A stretch of 64,000 bases of DNA from the NCBI GenBank assembly GCA_022729755.1, contig DZAZ01000003.1:565-64564 (forward strand). Reading direction: 5' to 3'. Position numbers and translations under genes: made by a program. This document shows, one piece after another, positions 18,527-28,677 of this stretch. The notes beneath the pieces were generated by a model. That model was not told the DNA's origin. It did not search any database and was given only the letters and a program-made list of their open reading frames with translations. This DNA is from Helicobacter cetorum (lineage in GTDB: Bacteria > Campylobacterota > Campylobacteria > Campylobacterales > BB28). The stretch's first letter is position 1, and each line of letters opens with the position of its first letter.

Positions 18527-19758
18527 TATCTATCTTTTGACATAAATAGTTTTATCTCTTCGCTCTCTTTAGAAATTATTCCATTAGAATCTATTGAACT
18601 AACAGTATAAATATACTCAACATTTGGCAAAATATCCCTATCTTTAAACATTGTATCTTCAATATTTACAAATTTATAAGTTTTAAAAGATGCCCAACCA
18701 TCTTTTACTTTTTTATAAACTATAAAGCTTTTAACTCTATCATCTTTTGAATCCCAACTTATAACAGCTTCGTTATTTTTAATAGTAGCCACTTTTACGG
18801 CTGGTGTTTTTGGAGCTTCCAAAGTAGAACCCATTACAGCTGGAGTTGTAGTACTTTCTAATCCATCTTTATCAACTACACTTATCTTATAAAATTTAAC
18901 AACTCCTGATTGTTTTATTTTATCTTCAAAAGTTGTAGTTCTTTGTTTTTTATATATTTTAAAATCTCCATCAACCGAATCGCTTATGTAAATATTATAG
19001 TAATCAAAATCTTTTGAACTTTCAGCTTCCCAATTTAAGACAATTTTAAATGGCTCACTCGTAGTTGCACTTAAACCTCTAACTTCGGCTAAAAGTGGCT
19101 TTGTAACAGCTTTTACAACTATACTTGGAAGTGAAATAATATCATCAAAAGTTTTAATTTTAATTCTATAATAGTAAGTGTAATCATCTTTTAAATCTGC
19201 ATCGATATACTCAACTTGCAATCTATTTGAAACTTCTACAATCTGTTTCCACTCTGCATTTGAAAAATCATTTCTCTCTATCAAATAACTTTTTACTCTT
19301 GGGCTTTCGTGAGGTCTCCAAATTAACTTCACCTTTCTAGGCAAATTACTAATTGCTTGAATATAACTAACAGATTGAAGTGGTTTTAATGTTCTTGTTT
19401 GAATAGTTTGACTTGGTGGCGATTCAAAACCATCTTTATCAAAAGATGCTATTCTATAAAAATATGTAGTATCTGGCTCTAGCGACTTATCAACATAGTG
19501 CGAACTAAATCTATCATCGATTTTACTAACTCTTTTAAGTGCATTAATATCAACACCTCTGTATAAATAATAACCTACAACTTTTGCCTCTTTTGCAATT
19601 TGCCACTCAAATGCAACTGAATTTACATCAACTATATTTTTAATTTGACCAACAACACTTAATGTTTCATCAATTTTTTGTTTTGCCTGTTCTTTTGTAG
19701 CACAACCATTAAAAATTATTAAAAGAGTTAATAATACCAATTGGCTTAATAATTTCAT
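18526..19758 (-). CDS. flpA: Fibronectin type III repeat lipoprotein (FlpA-like)
   Basis: Start moved to ATG 19756-19758 (GGAG 7 nt upstream), giving MKLLSQLVLLTLLIIFNGC (signal peptide plus Cys). Four FN3-like repeats end in YFYRIASFDKDGFES, YYYRIKIKTFD, FYKISVVDKDGLES, YIYTVSSIDSNGIIS. Sits between rluD and trmB, as I recall for C. jejuni flpA. Confidence 0.55.
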   Translation of the reverse strand: MKLLSQLVLLTLLIIFNGCATKEQAKQKIDETLSVVGQIKNIVDVNSVAFEWQIAKEAKVVGYYLYRGVDINALKRVSKIDDRFSSHYVDKSLEPDTTYFYRIASFDKDGFESPPSQTIQTRTLKPLQSVSYIQAISNLPRKVKLIWRPHESPRVKSYLIERNDFSNAEWKQIVEVSNRLQVEYIDADLKDDYTYYYRIKIKTFDDIISLPSIVVKAVTKPLLAEVRGLSATTSEPFKIVLNWEAESSKDFDYYNIYISDSVDGDFKIYKKQRTTTFEDKIKQSGVVKFYKISVVDKDGLESTTTPAVMGSTLEAPKTPAVKVATIKNNEAVISWDSKDDRVKSFIVYKKVKDGWASFKTYKFVNIEDTMFKDRDILPNVEYIYTVSSIDSNGIISKESEEIKLFMSKDR

Positions 19759-20674
19759 TTTCCATCTCCATATTAAAATTGTCATCTAAAAAATTTTTCA
19801 TATCCGTTGGAATAGGTGCAATAAATTTCATCTCTTCTTTAGTCTTTGGATGAAGTAGATACAAAATGTAAGAGTGTAAAAAAACTCTTTTTATTTTATC
19901 ACTCTCGCTCTTAAATCCATATAAACTATCCCCTAAAATGTGCCTTGAAATAGATGAAAGATGAACCCTTATTTGATGAGTTCTTCCACTAAAAAGTTTC
20001 GCACTTATCAATTCAAATTTAGCATTTTTACTTAAAGCTAATTTTATAAATTGACTTTTCGCATCCCTTCCACCATTTACAATTCCCATCTTTAGCCTAT
20101 TACTTGGATTTCTAGCTATTGGTTTTATAATTTCAATATTTTCTTTTAATGCTAAATCAATCAATGCTAAATAGTATCTTCCCATCGATTTATCTTGAAG
20201 TTGATTTGATAAAAATTCGTGCGATTTATTATTTTTAGCTACGACCATAACTCCCGTTGTTTCTTTATCTAATCGATGAACTATGCCATATCTATGCTCA
20301 CCACTAATAGTTGAAAGTGAAAAACCTTTTGATTTTAACCAATCAACTAAAGTTGGCTCTTTAACTGATGGAGCTGAATGAATTACTAAATTTAGCGGTT
20401 TATTTATAACTAAAATTTCGTCATCTTCATATAAAATTTCCACATCAAAATTTATATTTTCACTAAAATCAATTTTTTCTATTTTTGGAAAATAAACCTC
20501 CACTTCGTCATTAAACTTTAATTTTAAGCCCTGCTTTGATATAATTTTTTTATTTACATGTACAAATTTATTTTTTATTAAATTAATAATTTGATTTCTT
20601 GAAACATTCAAAAAATCACTTAAAAATTTGTCGACTCTAGTGTTTTCACTCACGATAATTATCTGTTTTTCCAT
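19709..20674 (-). CDS. rluD: 23S rRNA pseudouridine synthase, RluA/RluD family
   Basis: N-terminal S4-like region (RVDKFLSDFLNVSRNQI). Catalytic HRLDKETTGVMVVAKN. Confidence 0.8.
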   Translation of the reverse strand: MEKQIIIVSENTRVDKFLSDFLNVSRNQIINLIKNKFVHVNKKIISKQGLKLKFNDEVEVYFPKIEKIDFSENINFDVEILYEDDEILVINKPLNLVIHSAPSVKEPTLVDWLKSKGFSLSTISGEHRYGIVHRLDKETTGVMVVAKNNKSHEFLSNQLQDKSMGRYYLALIDLALKENIEIIKPIARNPSNRLKMGIVNGGRDAKSQFIKLALSKNAKFELISAKLFSGRTHQIRVHLSSISRHILGDSLYGFKSESDKIKRVFLHSYILYLLHPKTKEEMKFIAPIPTDMKNFLDDNFNMEMENEIIKPIGIINSFNNF

Positions 20675-20702
20675 TTAACCTACTTTAATATTTGGAGTTT
20701 TT

Positions 20703-21818
20703 TTGTTTGAAATTGATAGAAGGATTTTAACACATTTTGACTATGTAACAGTTTTTTTAATAATCCCAATAATTACCATTTCAATTTTTTTAGTTGCAGA
20801 GATAAATGAAATGTTGGCGACCAAACAGTTAATTTATATGTTTATTGGATTTATTTTATTTTTTATCTTTTTTATATTTCCTATTAGAAGATTTGCATGG
20901 CTTATTCCTATAATATACTGGCTAAATATAATTTTACTAATATCAGTTGAATTTTTTGGAGTTTCAAAACTCGGTGCTACAAGATGGCTAGAAATTCCTT
21001 TCGTTCACTTCACACTTCAACCCAGTGAAATTTTCAAACCATCATTTATTTTAATGTTAGCTTATTTAATTCATACAAATCCACCTCCAAAAGATGGATA
21101 TAATTTAAAAGAGTTTTTAAAAATTAGTTTTTATATTGTACTTCCATTTTTACTAATTGCAAAAGAGCCTGATTTAGGGACAGCTTTAGTTATTTTATTG
21201 GTTGGAATGGGAGTTTTAATTATAGTTGGAGTTAATTGGAGAATATGGGCGACAATAGGTATAACATTTTTAATTTCAAGTCCATTTTTATACTCAAGTT
21301 TACACGATTACCAAAAAAAAAGAATTCAAGATTTTTTAAGTGAAGAGTCAAATTATCATGTACAACAATCTATTATTGCAATTGGAAGTGGTGGACTTTA
21401 TGGAAAAGATAAAGAAGATGCAACTCAAGCTCAATTAAAATTTTTACCAATTTCTACAAGCGATTTTATTTTTGCATATTTTGTTGAAAGGTTCGGTTTT
21501 TGGGGAGCTTGTTTATTAATTGGAATTTATGCAGCTTTAATTTTACACTTAATGAGTATAAATTATTTAGTCAAAGATGAGTATTTTATAAGAGTTTTTG
21601 CCACAAGTTTATCCTTAATGATTTTTATTTATATGAGTGTAAATATAGCAATGACATTAGGATTTGCTCCAGTTGTTGGAATTCCATTACCAATGTTTAG
21701 CTATGGTGGAAGTTCTTTTGTAAATTTTATGATTCTTTTGGGAATTTTGCAAAATTTACTTGCATTTAGATTTATTTTTGAGTATAATTCCACTTGCAGT
21801 TTTAAAGAGCAACTTTAA
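20703..21818 (+). CDS. rodA: SEDS-family peptidoglycan polymerase (RodA/FtsW family)
   Basis: TTG start, about 9-10 TM segments. Family motifs QPSEIFKPSFIL, EPDLGTALV, LPISTSDFIFA, PLPMFSYGGSS. Confidence 0.75.
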   Translation: MFEIDRRILTHFDYVTVFLIIPIITISIFLVAEINEMLATKQLIYMFIGFILFFIFFIFPIRRFAWLIPIIYWLNIILLISVEFFGVSKLGATRWLEIPFVHFTLQPSEIFKPSFILMLAYLIHTNPPPKDGYNLKEFLKISFYIVLPFLLIAKEPDLGTALVILLVGMGVLIIVGVNWRIWATIGITFLISSPFLYSSLHDYQKKRIQDFLSEESNYHVQQSIIAIGSGGLYGKDKEDATQAQLKFLPISTSDFIFAYFVERFGFWGACLLIGIYAALILHLMSINYLVKDEYFIRVFATSLSLMIFIYMSVNIAMTLGFAPVVGIPLPMFSYGGSSFVNFMILLGILQNLLAFRFIFEYNSTCSFKEQL

Positions 21819-21832
21819 AGCTTACTTCAATT

Positions 21833-21909
21833 GGGTTCTTAGCTCAGTTGGTTAGAGCAATCGGCTCATAACCGATTGGTCCGGAGTTCGAGTCTCCGAG
21901 AACCCACCA
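21833..21909 (+). tRNA. tRNA with CAU anticodon (elongator Met; lysidine-modified Ile2 not excluded)
   Basis: Cloverleaf by hand: acceptor GGGTTCT/AGAACCC, D arm GCTC-AGTTGGTTA-GAGC, anticodon arm ATCGG-CTCATAA-CCGAT, variable TGGTC, T arm CGGAG-TTCGAGT-CTCCG, discriminator A, encoded CCA. The G1-C72 pair and the lack of three G-C pairs in the anticodon stem argue against an initiator. Confidence 0.9.
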
Positions 21910-21915
21910 CTTTTT

Positions 21916-24216
21916 TTATTTTATATCAAAATCAAAATATTCAGATTTAAAGTTTTTATCTTCAATCTTGCTATATTGAATGATGGCACCTTTAAAATTT
22001 TTAATTTCGTGATATAAAAGTCCAAGTGCATATCTAGCCTCTAAATTTGTAGGGTCAATTAATTTTGAGAGCTCAAGTAGTGCAATTGCATTTGGGTGAT
22101 GTTTTGCCGCAATTGAGGCAACAGCAGATAAGAAAACAGTTTGAGAATCGTTCTCTTTTAACTCATCAATCAAAGTATTATATGTAACAAAAGCTTCTTC
22201 AAAATCTTGCATATAAATATTTGCCAAAGCTAGGGCTTGTAAAATTCCTCTTTTATCGCCAATTTTAGTTGCAATATGCTCTTTTAACTTTTCTCTAAAA
22301 AGATAAAGTTTTCCAGTTATTCTAAGTAAATTTATATAAACATATCTAGCAATTTCAGGACCATTATTAATTACTTCTAAATCAATTTCAGCAATATTTA
22401 GTGAATCTTGTGCTTTTTTTGCAAACTCTTTTATAGGTAAATGTTGATATTTTCCATAAATTTCTAAAACATTTACTACTGCATCTTTTGGTAATAAATT
22501 TTTAAATTCACTTGAAGATTGAGCAATTTTATCTGAATTATTTAACTTTAAAGCTAATACTAAATTAAGTAAAATCTCTAATGGTTTTGCCTCATTTTCG
22601 CTTTTTTGAACATCTAACCATTGTGCTGCTCCTGCTATATTATCTGTAGCAAATGAGATTAAATTTGCAAAAAATTGATTATTTTTATCATTTGAATTAT
22701 CTAATTCATCTTGAAGTTCCCTTAAAGTTCTTGAAGAATCTTTTGCAATTAAATTTCCACACATTACAGAAAAAATTCCAGATAAATAGTTAACTCCATT
22801 TAAATGATAACTCTTAATAAAATGAGTATAAGCATCTTTATAATTACCCATTTGTGCATAAGTTAGGGCTAAATTATAGTGCAAAATTGAATGATTTGGA
22901 TATTTATCAATTACTGATTTAAAAAGTTTATTAGCTTCTCTAATATCATATTTTAATGCTGCATCAATTGCTTTTGCAATAGTTAAATTAACTTGTGCAA
23001 GAGTTGAGCTTTTTTGAAAAATATCCTTAGCTTCCGCAATCTCATCAATAAAAATATTCACATTTCCTTTATTTATATAGTGAAGTGTCTGTTTTGCATT
23101 AAAAACTTTAAATGGTGCAAAATAAAAAAACAAATCATAAACTCGCCTATTATTCGTTTTTAACTCTTTTATAAATTTTTCTTGTGCTTTATTTATATCA
23201 AAAATATCATCTTTTAATTTAACTTCTATCGGATAAATATTTGTAGCATTCTCTTCATATTTAGAATAAACTCTATTAAAAGTTCTTCCAGCTTCAACTC
23301 CTCGCCCCTCTTTTAAATCAATCAAACCCAAAGCTAAGAGTGCATTTAACTCATCTGTTGGGCTTTTTAAATACTCATTTATATTTTTAATTGCTAAATC
23401 ATACTCCCCAATTCTTGCATATAAAAGCCCAAGAGAAAGCCTATCTGAATGAAATGTCTCTTTTTCTAATGCAGTTATAGTATTTACTGTATCATTTAAA
23501 CTTAAATATAACTTTGCTTTTAAATGTTCATATTCAGATTGATAAAAATCACTCGTTGGATAATTTAATGCTGAAACACCCTCTAAATATAAATTTTTAT
23601 AATACATTATTAATCCATAATAGTATGAATAAAGTGGAGCTGAACTCTCTTGAGGCAAATAATCATAAGCTAAATCAAGATATTTTTCAAATTCACTAAC
23701 ATTTCCTAAATTATAAGAACAAACAGCCGCATTTATCGCACTAACACATCTATTTTCAGCATTTTGTATCGCCTTTTGAAATGACTGAAGTGCTGAAGAG
23801 TAATTTTGTTCTTTCATTTTTGCAACACCTAAATTATAATTAGATATCGCTTCACTATAAGAAGAAATTTTTTCAAAAAGTTTCAATGCTTCAAGCTTAT
23901 TTCCCTCTTCATAAAGCAAATTAGCCTTTTTTATCATAGCTTCAAGTTCTGATTGTTTAACTACTGCACTATCTCTTTGTTTTAATTTTTGACTGATTTC
24001 ACTCGCATTAAAATCAGCCATACTCGCACTTTCACTCTCACCACTTGAGAGTAAAAAATATAAAATAATTGAAATAATAATTAAAGCAAAAATCGTAGAA
24101 ATTAAAATAATTAATTTTTTATTAGAGCCATCTTCTTCACCAGATTTTTTCTTATCTTTTTTATCTTTCTCGTCCTCTTCATCCCCTTCAATTATTACTA
24201 TCTCTTCATCAGCCAT
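21916..24216 (-). CDS. Membrane-anchored TPR-repeat protein (PflB-like flagellar motor scaffold candidate)
   Basis: Acidic N-terminus, one TM (LIILISTIFALIIISIILYFLL), then many TPR-like repeats (A..YNLG.A....Y..A...F). Lies adjacent to serS, as I recall for C. jejuni pflB. The assignment rests on architecture and synteny only. Confidence 0.5.
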   Translation of the reverse strand: MADEEIVIIEGDEEDEKDKKDKKKSGEEDGSNKKLIILISTIFALIIISIILYFLLSSGESESASMADFNASEISQKLKQRDSAVVKQSELEAMIKKANLLYEEGNKLEALKLFEKISSYSEAISNYNLGVAKMKEQNYSSALQSFQKAIQNAENRCVSAINAAVCSYNLGNVSEFEKYLDLAYDYLPQESSAPLYSYYYGLIMYYKNLYLEGVSALNYPTSDFYQSEYEHLKAKLYLSLNDTVNTITALEKETFHSDRLSLGLLYARIGEYDLAIKNINEYLKSPTDELNALLALGLIDLKEGRGVEAGRTFNRVYSKYEENATNIYPIEVKLKDDIFDINKAQEKFIKELKTNNRRVYDLFFYFAPFKVFNAKQTLHYINKGNVNIFIDEIAEAKDIFQKSSTLAQVNLTIAKAIDAALKYDIREANKLFKSVIDKYPNHSILHYNLALTYAQMGNYKDAYTHFIKSYHLNGVNYLSGIFSVMCGNLIAKDSSRTLRELQDELDNSNDKNNQFFANLISFATDNIAGAAQWLDVQKSENEAKPLEILLNLVLALKLNNSDKIAQSSSEFKNLLPKDAVVNVLEIYGKYQHLPIKEFAKKAQDSLNIAEIDLEVINNGPEIARYVYINLLRITGKLYLFREKLKEHIATKIGDKRGILQALALANIYMQDFEEAFVTYNTLIDELKENDSQTVFLSAVASIAAKHHPNAIALLELSKLIDPTNLEARYALGLLYHEIKNFKGAIIQYSKIEDKNFKSEYFDFDIK

Positions 24217-24225
24217 TACTCAACC

Positions 24226-25467
24226 TTAGCTTAAATACTTTTTCAAAACAGTTGGAATTTCAATACTTCCATCAGCTTTTTGATAATTTTCCATAATTGC
24301 AATCAAAGTCCTACCAACCGCTAAACTTGAACCATTTAAAGTATGAACTAGAGTATTTTTTTTATCATCTTTAAATCTAATTTTTGCTCTTCTAGCTTGA
24401 AAATCTCTTGTGTTTGAAACTGAACTTATCTCACGATAGCGATTTTGTCCAGCAAACCAAACTTCAAGGTCAATTGTTTTAGCCGCTCCAAATCCAATAT
24501 CACCAGCACAAAGTTTCATTAATCTATGAGGCAAATCTAAACTTGCAAGTAAATCTGAAGCACAACTTAGCATCTCTTCAAAAACTCTATCGCTATCTTG
24601 TGGAGTTGTGATTGAAACAAGCTCAACTTTTCCAAATTGATGTTGTCTTATCATTCCTCTCACATCTCGCCCAGCACTTCCAGCCTCTTTTCTAAAACAT
24701 TCAGTATATGAAGTTAATTTTAGCGGAAGTTCATCTTTGCTCAAAATTTCATCTCTAAATAGATTAACTAATGCTACTTCAGAAGTTGGGATTAGATAAA
24801 GCCCCTCATCTTCGATTTTAAATAAATCATCTTTAAATTTTGGAAGTTGCCCAGTGCCTAAAAGTGTCTCTTCATTTGCAAGATATGGCAAAGTTACCTC
24901 TTTAAAGCCTCTACTTGCATTAAAATCAAGCATATAATTAATCAAAGCTCTATAAATTTTGGAAGCATCATTGATTAAAACTGAAAATCTACTTTTTGAA
25001 AGTTTTACACCTCGCTCAAAATCTATCCAATCTTGGCTAAGTTCCCAATGCTCTTTTGGAGTAAAATCAAAACTTTTTGGCTCAAGCACTTTTTTAATTT
25101 CAATATTTCCATCTTCATCAACCCCATCTGGCACATCTTCATCAATCAAATTTGGAATATTTAATGCAATTTTAAAAAGTTCATCTTCAGTAATTCTAAG
25201 CTCTTCAGTTAATCTTACAATCTCATCTTTACTTTGAGCCACTTTTACTTTTAACTCATTTACATCTTTTTTTTCTCTTAAATAATCCCCAAAAAGTTTG
25301 CTGTTTTTATTTTGCTCGGCTTGATGAGTTTCTAATTCTTGTTTTTTTGATTTTAAAATTTCGCTAATCTCTCTTAAATTTTTTATTAAATCTTTATCTA
25401 AACCTCTTCTTTGAAGATTACTACTAACACTTTCAAAATTTTTTTGCAACTCTCTTAAATCAATCAT
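24226..25467 (-). CDS. serS: Seryl-tRNA synthetase
   Basis: N-terminal coiled-coil arm. Class II motifs ([42 protein letters not shown]). Confidence 0.95.
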   Translation of the reverse strand: MIDLRELQKNFESVSSNLQRRGLDKDLIKNLREISEILKSKKQELETHQAEQNKNSKLFGDYLREKKDVNELKVKVAQSKDEIVRLTEELRITEDELFKIALNIPNLIDEDVPDGVDEDGNIEIKKVLEPKSFDFTPKEHWELSQDWIDFERGVKLSKSRFSVLINDASKIYRALINYMLDFNASRGFKEVTLPYLANEETLLGTGQLPKFKDDLFKIEDEGLYLIPTSEVALVNLFRDEILSKDELPLKLTSYTECFRKEAGSAGRDVRGMIRQHQFGKVELVSITTPQDSDRVFEEMLSCASDLLASLDLPHRLMKLCAGDIGFGAAKTIDLEVWFAGQNRYREISSVSNTRDFQARRAKIRFKDDKKNTLVHTLNGSSLAVGRTLIAIMENYQKADGSIEIPTVLKKYLS

Positions 25468-25513
25468 AACTCCCCTTTAATTAATAAATAAATTTTTTAG
25501 TATTTTATTCAAT

Positions 25514-26428
25514 TCAAACTTCTATATCTATAAACATATAATCAATTTTTTCAGTATCTAAGTTATTAATTTTATTTTGATTTTTATCAAAAAAATAAAC
25601 TTTTTGATTTTGATTAACACTATTTGGATATATCAATTTATATTTTAAGTTTTTAAAAAAGTGACCCTTTCTTATTAAATTTGAATCTGATAATTGTTGT
25701 GAAACAATAACAACCTTATCATTCCCCATCCAATTTTGAATATGGGATGTATTATTACTTTTATTTATTGAATAGTTTAAAAAATCTTTATGAGCTAAAC
25801 TTAAATAAATATCAGTATTTCTTAATCCCTTTTTACCTTGATGACACTTTCCTAATATATCCCCACAACTTAATAGTGTTATGCTTTTACTCTTTATTTT
25901 TATCACTATTTTTTGTTTTGTAAAATTATTTAATGTAGTTTGATTTTTTTTGCAACCTTGAGATTGACATACTTCCCAAATAGATTTTTTTCGAGTGTAA
26001 TTATTATTATTAATAACTTTAAAATAAAAAACCCTTGCCGAAATACCCCCATATGGATTTTCAATATTTGAATAATCTACACCAATAATCAAATCTTTTT
26101 TTAATTTTATTTTATTCAATAAACTTTTTAATCTAAAAAAATTCTTATCTTTTTTAAATTCAAAAAAATTATTACTTGTCACTATTAAATCAATATTATC
26201 ACTTTCAAATCTCATAGAGTTTTGTAATATTTTCATTCTTTTATATTTATTATTTAAAGAATCACAACAATACCACTTGTTCAAATTATTAGACTTCTTG
26301 CAAAACTCATTTAAATGATATTGATAGTCTAACAAGTTTAAGTGTATTTTATTTGTAAACCACTTTAATTTTTTTAGTTTTGCAAGAAGTCTATTATGAT
26401 AAATTGGCAAAATCATTCTAATTCTCAT
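25514..26428 (-). CDS. Hypothetical Asn/Lys-rich 304-aa protein, no family recognised
   Basis: Long uninterrupted ORF in a visibly more AT-rich stretch than its neighbours. Seven Cys (EFC, WYCC, EVCQSQGC, LLSCGDILGKC). Starts 4 nt downstream of the DUF2442 gene. No motif I can assign. Confidence 0.45.
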   Translation of the reverse strand: MRIRMILPIYHNRLLAKLKKLKWFTNKIHLNLLDYQYHLNEFCKKSNNLNKWYCCDSLNNKYKRMKILQNSMRFESDNIDLIVTSNNFFEFKKDKNFFRLKSLLNKIKLKKDLIIGVDYSNIENPYGGISARVFYFKVINNNNYTRKKSIWEVCQSQGCKKNQTTLNNFTKQKIVIKIKSKSITLLSCGDILGKCHQGKKGLRNTDIYLSLAHKDFLNYSINKSNNTSHIQNWMGNDKVVIVSQQLSDSNLIRKGHFFKNLKYKLIYPNSVNQNQKVYFFDKNQNKINNLDTEKIDYMFIDIEV

Positions 26429-26432
26429 AATA

Positions 26433-26693
26433 TTACTTTATACTAGCAAAAAAACTATTTTTACTACAAAATTCATAAATTGGAAAACATAACTCATAAT
26501 CACTCCACTCAATATCACCATACTCTATGTTGAATTGCTTAAATTTTTCAATATCTTTATATTTTTTAATTTCAGGATGTTGTGAATTTAAAATAAAATC
26601 TTTAAAATCTACGATATTTTCTTTCCCATCTTCAAATTTAAAATAAATTTTATAACTATCTAAGTGTTTCGCTTCTTTGATTGAAATTGGCAT
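26433..26693 (-). CDS. DUF2442-family small protein
   Basis: 86 aa. SIKEAKHLDSYKIYFKFEDGKENIVDFKDFI...FNIEYGDIEWSDYELCFP matches the DUF2442 pattern (beta-rich N-terminus, F.DG....vD, G.i.W.d.dl..e). The start abuts the trpS stop. Confidence 0.6.
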   Translation of the reverse strand: MPISIKEAKHLDSYKIYFKFEDGKENIVDFKDFILNSQHPEIKKYKDIEKFKQFNIEYGDIEWSDYELCFPIYEFCSKNSFFASIK

Positions 26694-27659
26694 TTAATAT
26701 TTTATCCCCACAACTTCCCTAATTTGCTTCATCTTATTTTGTGCAATGGTTCTAGCTTTTTTTGCACCATCATTTAAAATATCTCTTACAACATCAATAT
26801 TATTTAAATAATACTCTCGTTTTTCTCGATATGGCTCAAAGTGTTTCCAAATCACATCTTTTAAATACATTTTAAAATGTCCATACCCCTCTTTACCCGA
26901 GCTGTATCGCTCTTTTAACTCTTCTTGTTCAGCTTCATTTAAAAATAGTTTTGAAATTTTAAAAATATTGCAATTCTCCCACTCTTTTGGCTCTTCTAAT
27001 GGAGTTGAGTCAGTTACGATTTTGCCGACAGCTTTTTTTAACTCTTTTTCACTACAAAAAATTTCAATTGTATTTTTATATGATTTACTCATTTTCGCCC
27101 CATCAATTCCTGGAACTGTTGCGACATTTTCTTCAACTCTAAATTCTGGAAGTGTTAAAATTTCACCATAAGTATTATTAAATTTAATCGCAATATCTCT
27201 CGTCATTTCCACATGCTGAATTTGGTCTTTTCCAACTGGCACAATATTGCTATCATATATCAAAATATCACTTGCCATCAAAACTGGATATGAAAAAAGC
27301 CCGTGATTTGCTTGAATACCTTTTGATGTTTTATCTTTGTAGCTGTGTGCTCTCTCAAGAAGTCCCATTGGAGTGAAGTTTGAGAGTATCCAATAAAGCT
27401 CTAACACTTCTTTGACGTCAGATTGCACCCAAAAAGTTGATTTTTGCGGGTCAAGTCCAAGAGATAAAAAATTAATTGCAGCATCAAATGTACTTTTTTT
27501 TAAAAACTCTCCATCACTCACTGAAGTTAGGGCATGATAATTTGCGATAAAAGCGAAAAGCTCACCCTCTTTTTGCAAATTTATCATCTGTTGCATCATT
27601 CCAAAATAGTTACCTAAGTGCATATCACCTGATGGTTGAATTCCTGATAAAAATCTCAT
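26694..27659 (-). CDS. trpS: Tryptophanyl-tRNA synthetase
   Basis: Class I HIGH-type SGDMHLGNYFG and KMSKS. 321 aa. Confidence 0.95.
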   Translation of the reverse strand: MRFLSGIQPSGDMHLGNYFGMMQQMINLQKEGELFAFIANYHALTSVSDGEFLKKSTFDAAINFLSLGLDPQKSTFWVQSDVKEVLELYWILSNFTPMGLLERAHSYKDKTSKGIQANHGLFSYPVLMASDILIYDSNIVPVGKDQIQHVEMTRDIAIKFNNTYGEILTLPEFRVEENVATVPGIDGAKMSKSYKNTIEIFCSEKELKKAVGKIVTDSTPLEEPKEWENCNIFKISKLFLNEAEQEELKERYSSGKEGYGHFKMYLKDVIWKHFEPYREKREYYLNNIDVVRDILNDGAKKARTIAQNKMKQIREVVGIKY

Positions 27660-27668
27660 TTAATTCCT

Positions 27669-28658
27669 TTAATCTACATTAAATTTAACTAATGCACTTC
27701 CCCAAGTAAGCCCTCCACCAAAAGCATCAAGTAACATCAAATCACCTTTTTTAAGTCGCCCACTCTCATACATATCATTTATCGCCATTGGAATTGAGGC
27801 TGAACTTGTATTGCCGTATTTATCAACTGTAATTACAACTTTAGCTTCATCAAAATTTAAACTATCACCAACTGCTTTGATTATTCGGTAATTTGCTTGA
27901 TGAGGAATAAAAAAATCAATTTCATCTTTAGTTATTGAATTTTTTTCTAAAATATCTTTTACATCTTGAGTTAGGGTTTTAACGGCCACTTTAAAAGTTT
28001 CATTACCTCGCATTTTCATAAAAGCCAAATGCTCATCTAACACTTTTTGGCTACAAGGATTTCTACTTCCACATCCAGGAGTTATCAAAAAATCTTGATA
28101 CTCTCCATCTGAAGAGATATGAGTATCGATGATTGCTTCATCTTTATTCTCTGTTGCACTAATTATGGCTGCCCCAGCTCCATCGCCAAAAAGCACACAG
28201 GTATTTCTATCACTCCAGTCCACAATTGAACTAAGTTTTTCAGCCCCGACGATTAAAATATTTTTGTAAAGATTTGATTCGATAAAAGATTTTGCAATAG
28301 TAATTAAGTAGATAAATCCCGTACAAGCGGCACTTATATCAAAAGCTGGAATATTTTTTATTTGAAGTTTATCGGCAATCACACAAGCGGTTGAAGGCAT
28401 ACATAAAAAATCTGGCGAAATTGTAGCACAAATGATTGCATCAATCTCATTTTTTTTTAATCCACTTCGTTCAATTGCCATCTCACAAGCTTTTAGAGCT
28501 AAATCACTTGTAGATTCCTCTTTTGCGATGTGGCGAGTTTTGATACCAGTTCGCTTTTGTATCCACTCATCAGTCGTATCAACTATCTTTTCTAAGTCAA
28601 AATTACTCAATTTATACTCTGGAACATAAGCTCCAATAGATTTAAAAGATGCAAACAA
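27669..28658 (-). CDS. fabH: 3-oxoacyl-ACP synthase III
   Basis: Catalytic Cys in [23 protein letters not shown]. Confidence 0.95.
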   Translation of the reverse strand: MFASFKSIGAYVPEYKLSNFDLEKIVDTTDEWIQKRTGIKTRHIAKEESTSDLALKACEMAIERSGLKKNEIDAIICATISPDFLCMPSTACVIADKLQIKNIPAFDISAACTGFIYLITIAKSFIESNLYKNILIVGAEKLSSIVDWSDRNTCVLFGDGAGAAIISATENKDEAIIDTHISSDGEYQDFLITPGCGSRNPCSQKVLDEHLAFMKMRGNETFKVAVKTLTQDVKDILEKNSITKDEIDFFIPHQANYRIIKAVGDSLNFDEAKVVITVDKYGNTSSASIPMAINDMYESGRLKKGDLMLLDAFGGGLTWGSALVKFNVD

Positions 28659-28677
28659 AATTTTTCCTTTAGGAGAA

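Noticed and set aside
21833-24216. tRNA(CAU) as a possible genomic-island integration site.
   Set aside because: No integrase is present, no duplicated tRNA 3' end is seen downstream, and the neighbouring TPR gene-serS arrangement looks like conserved core synteny.
25514-26428. Possible carbon-nitrogen hydrolase-like pattern in the 304-aa orphan (DLIVTSNNFF..., ...LLSCGDILG...).
   Set aside because: The resemblance rests on two short strand-like motifs. The expected catalytic Glu and Lys cannot be placed, so it is too weak to report as an annotation.
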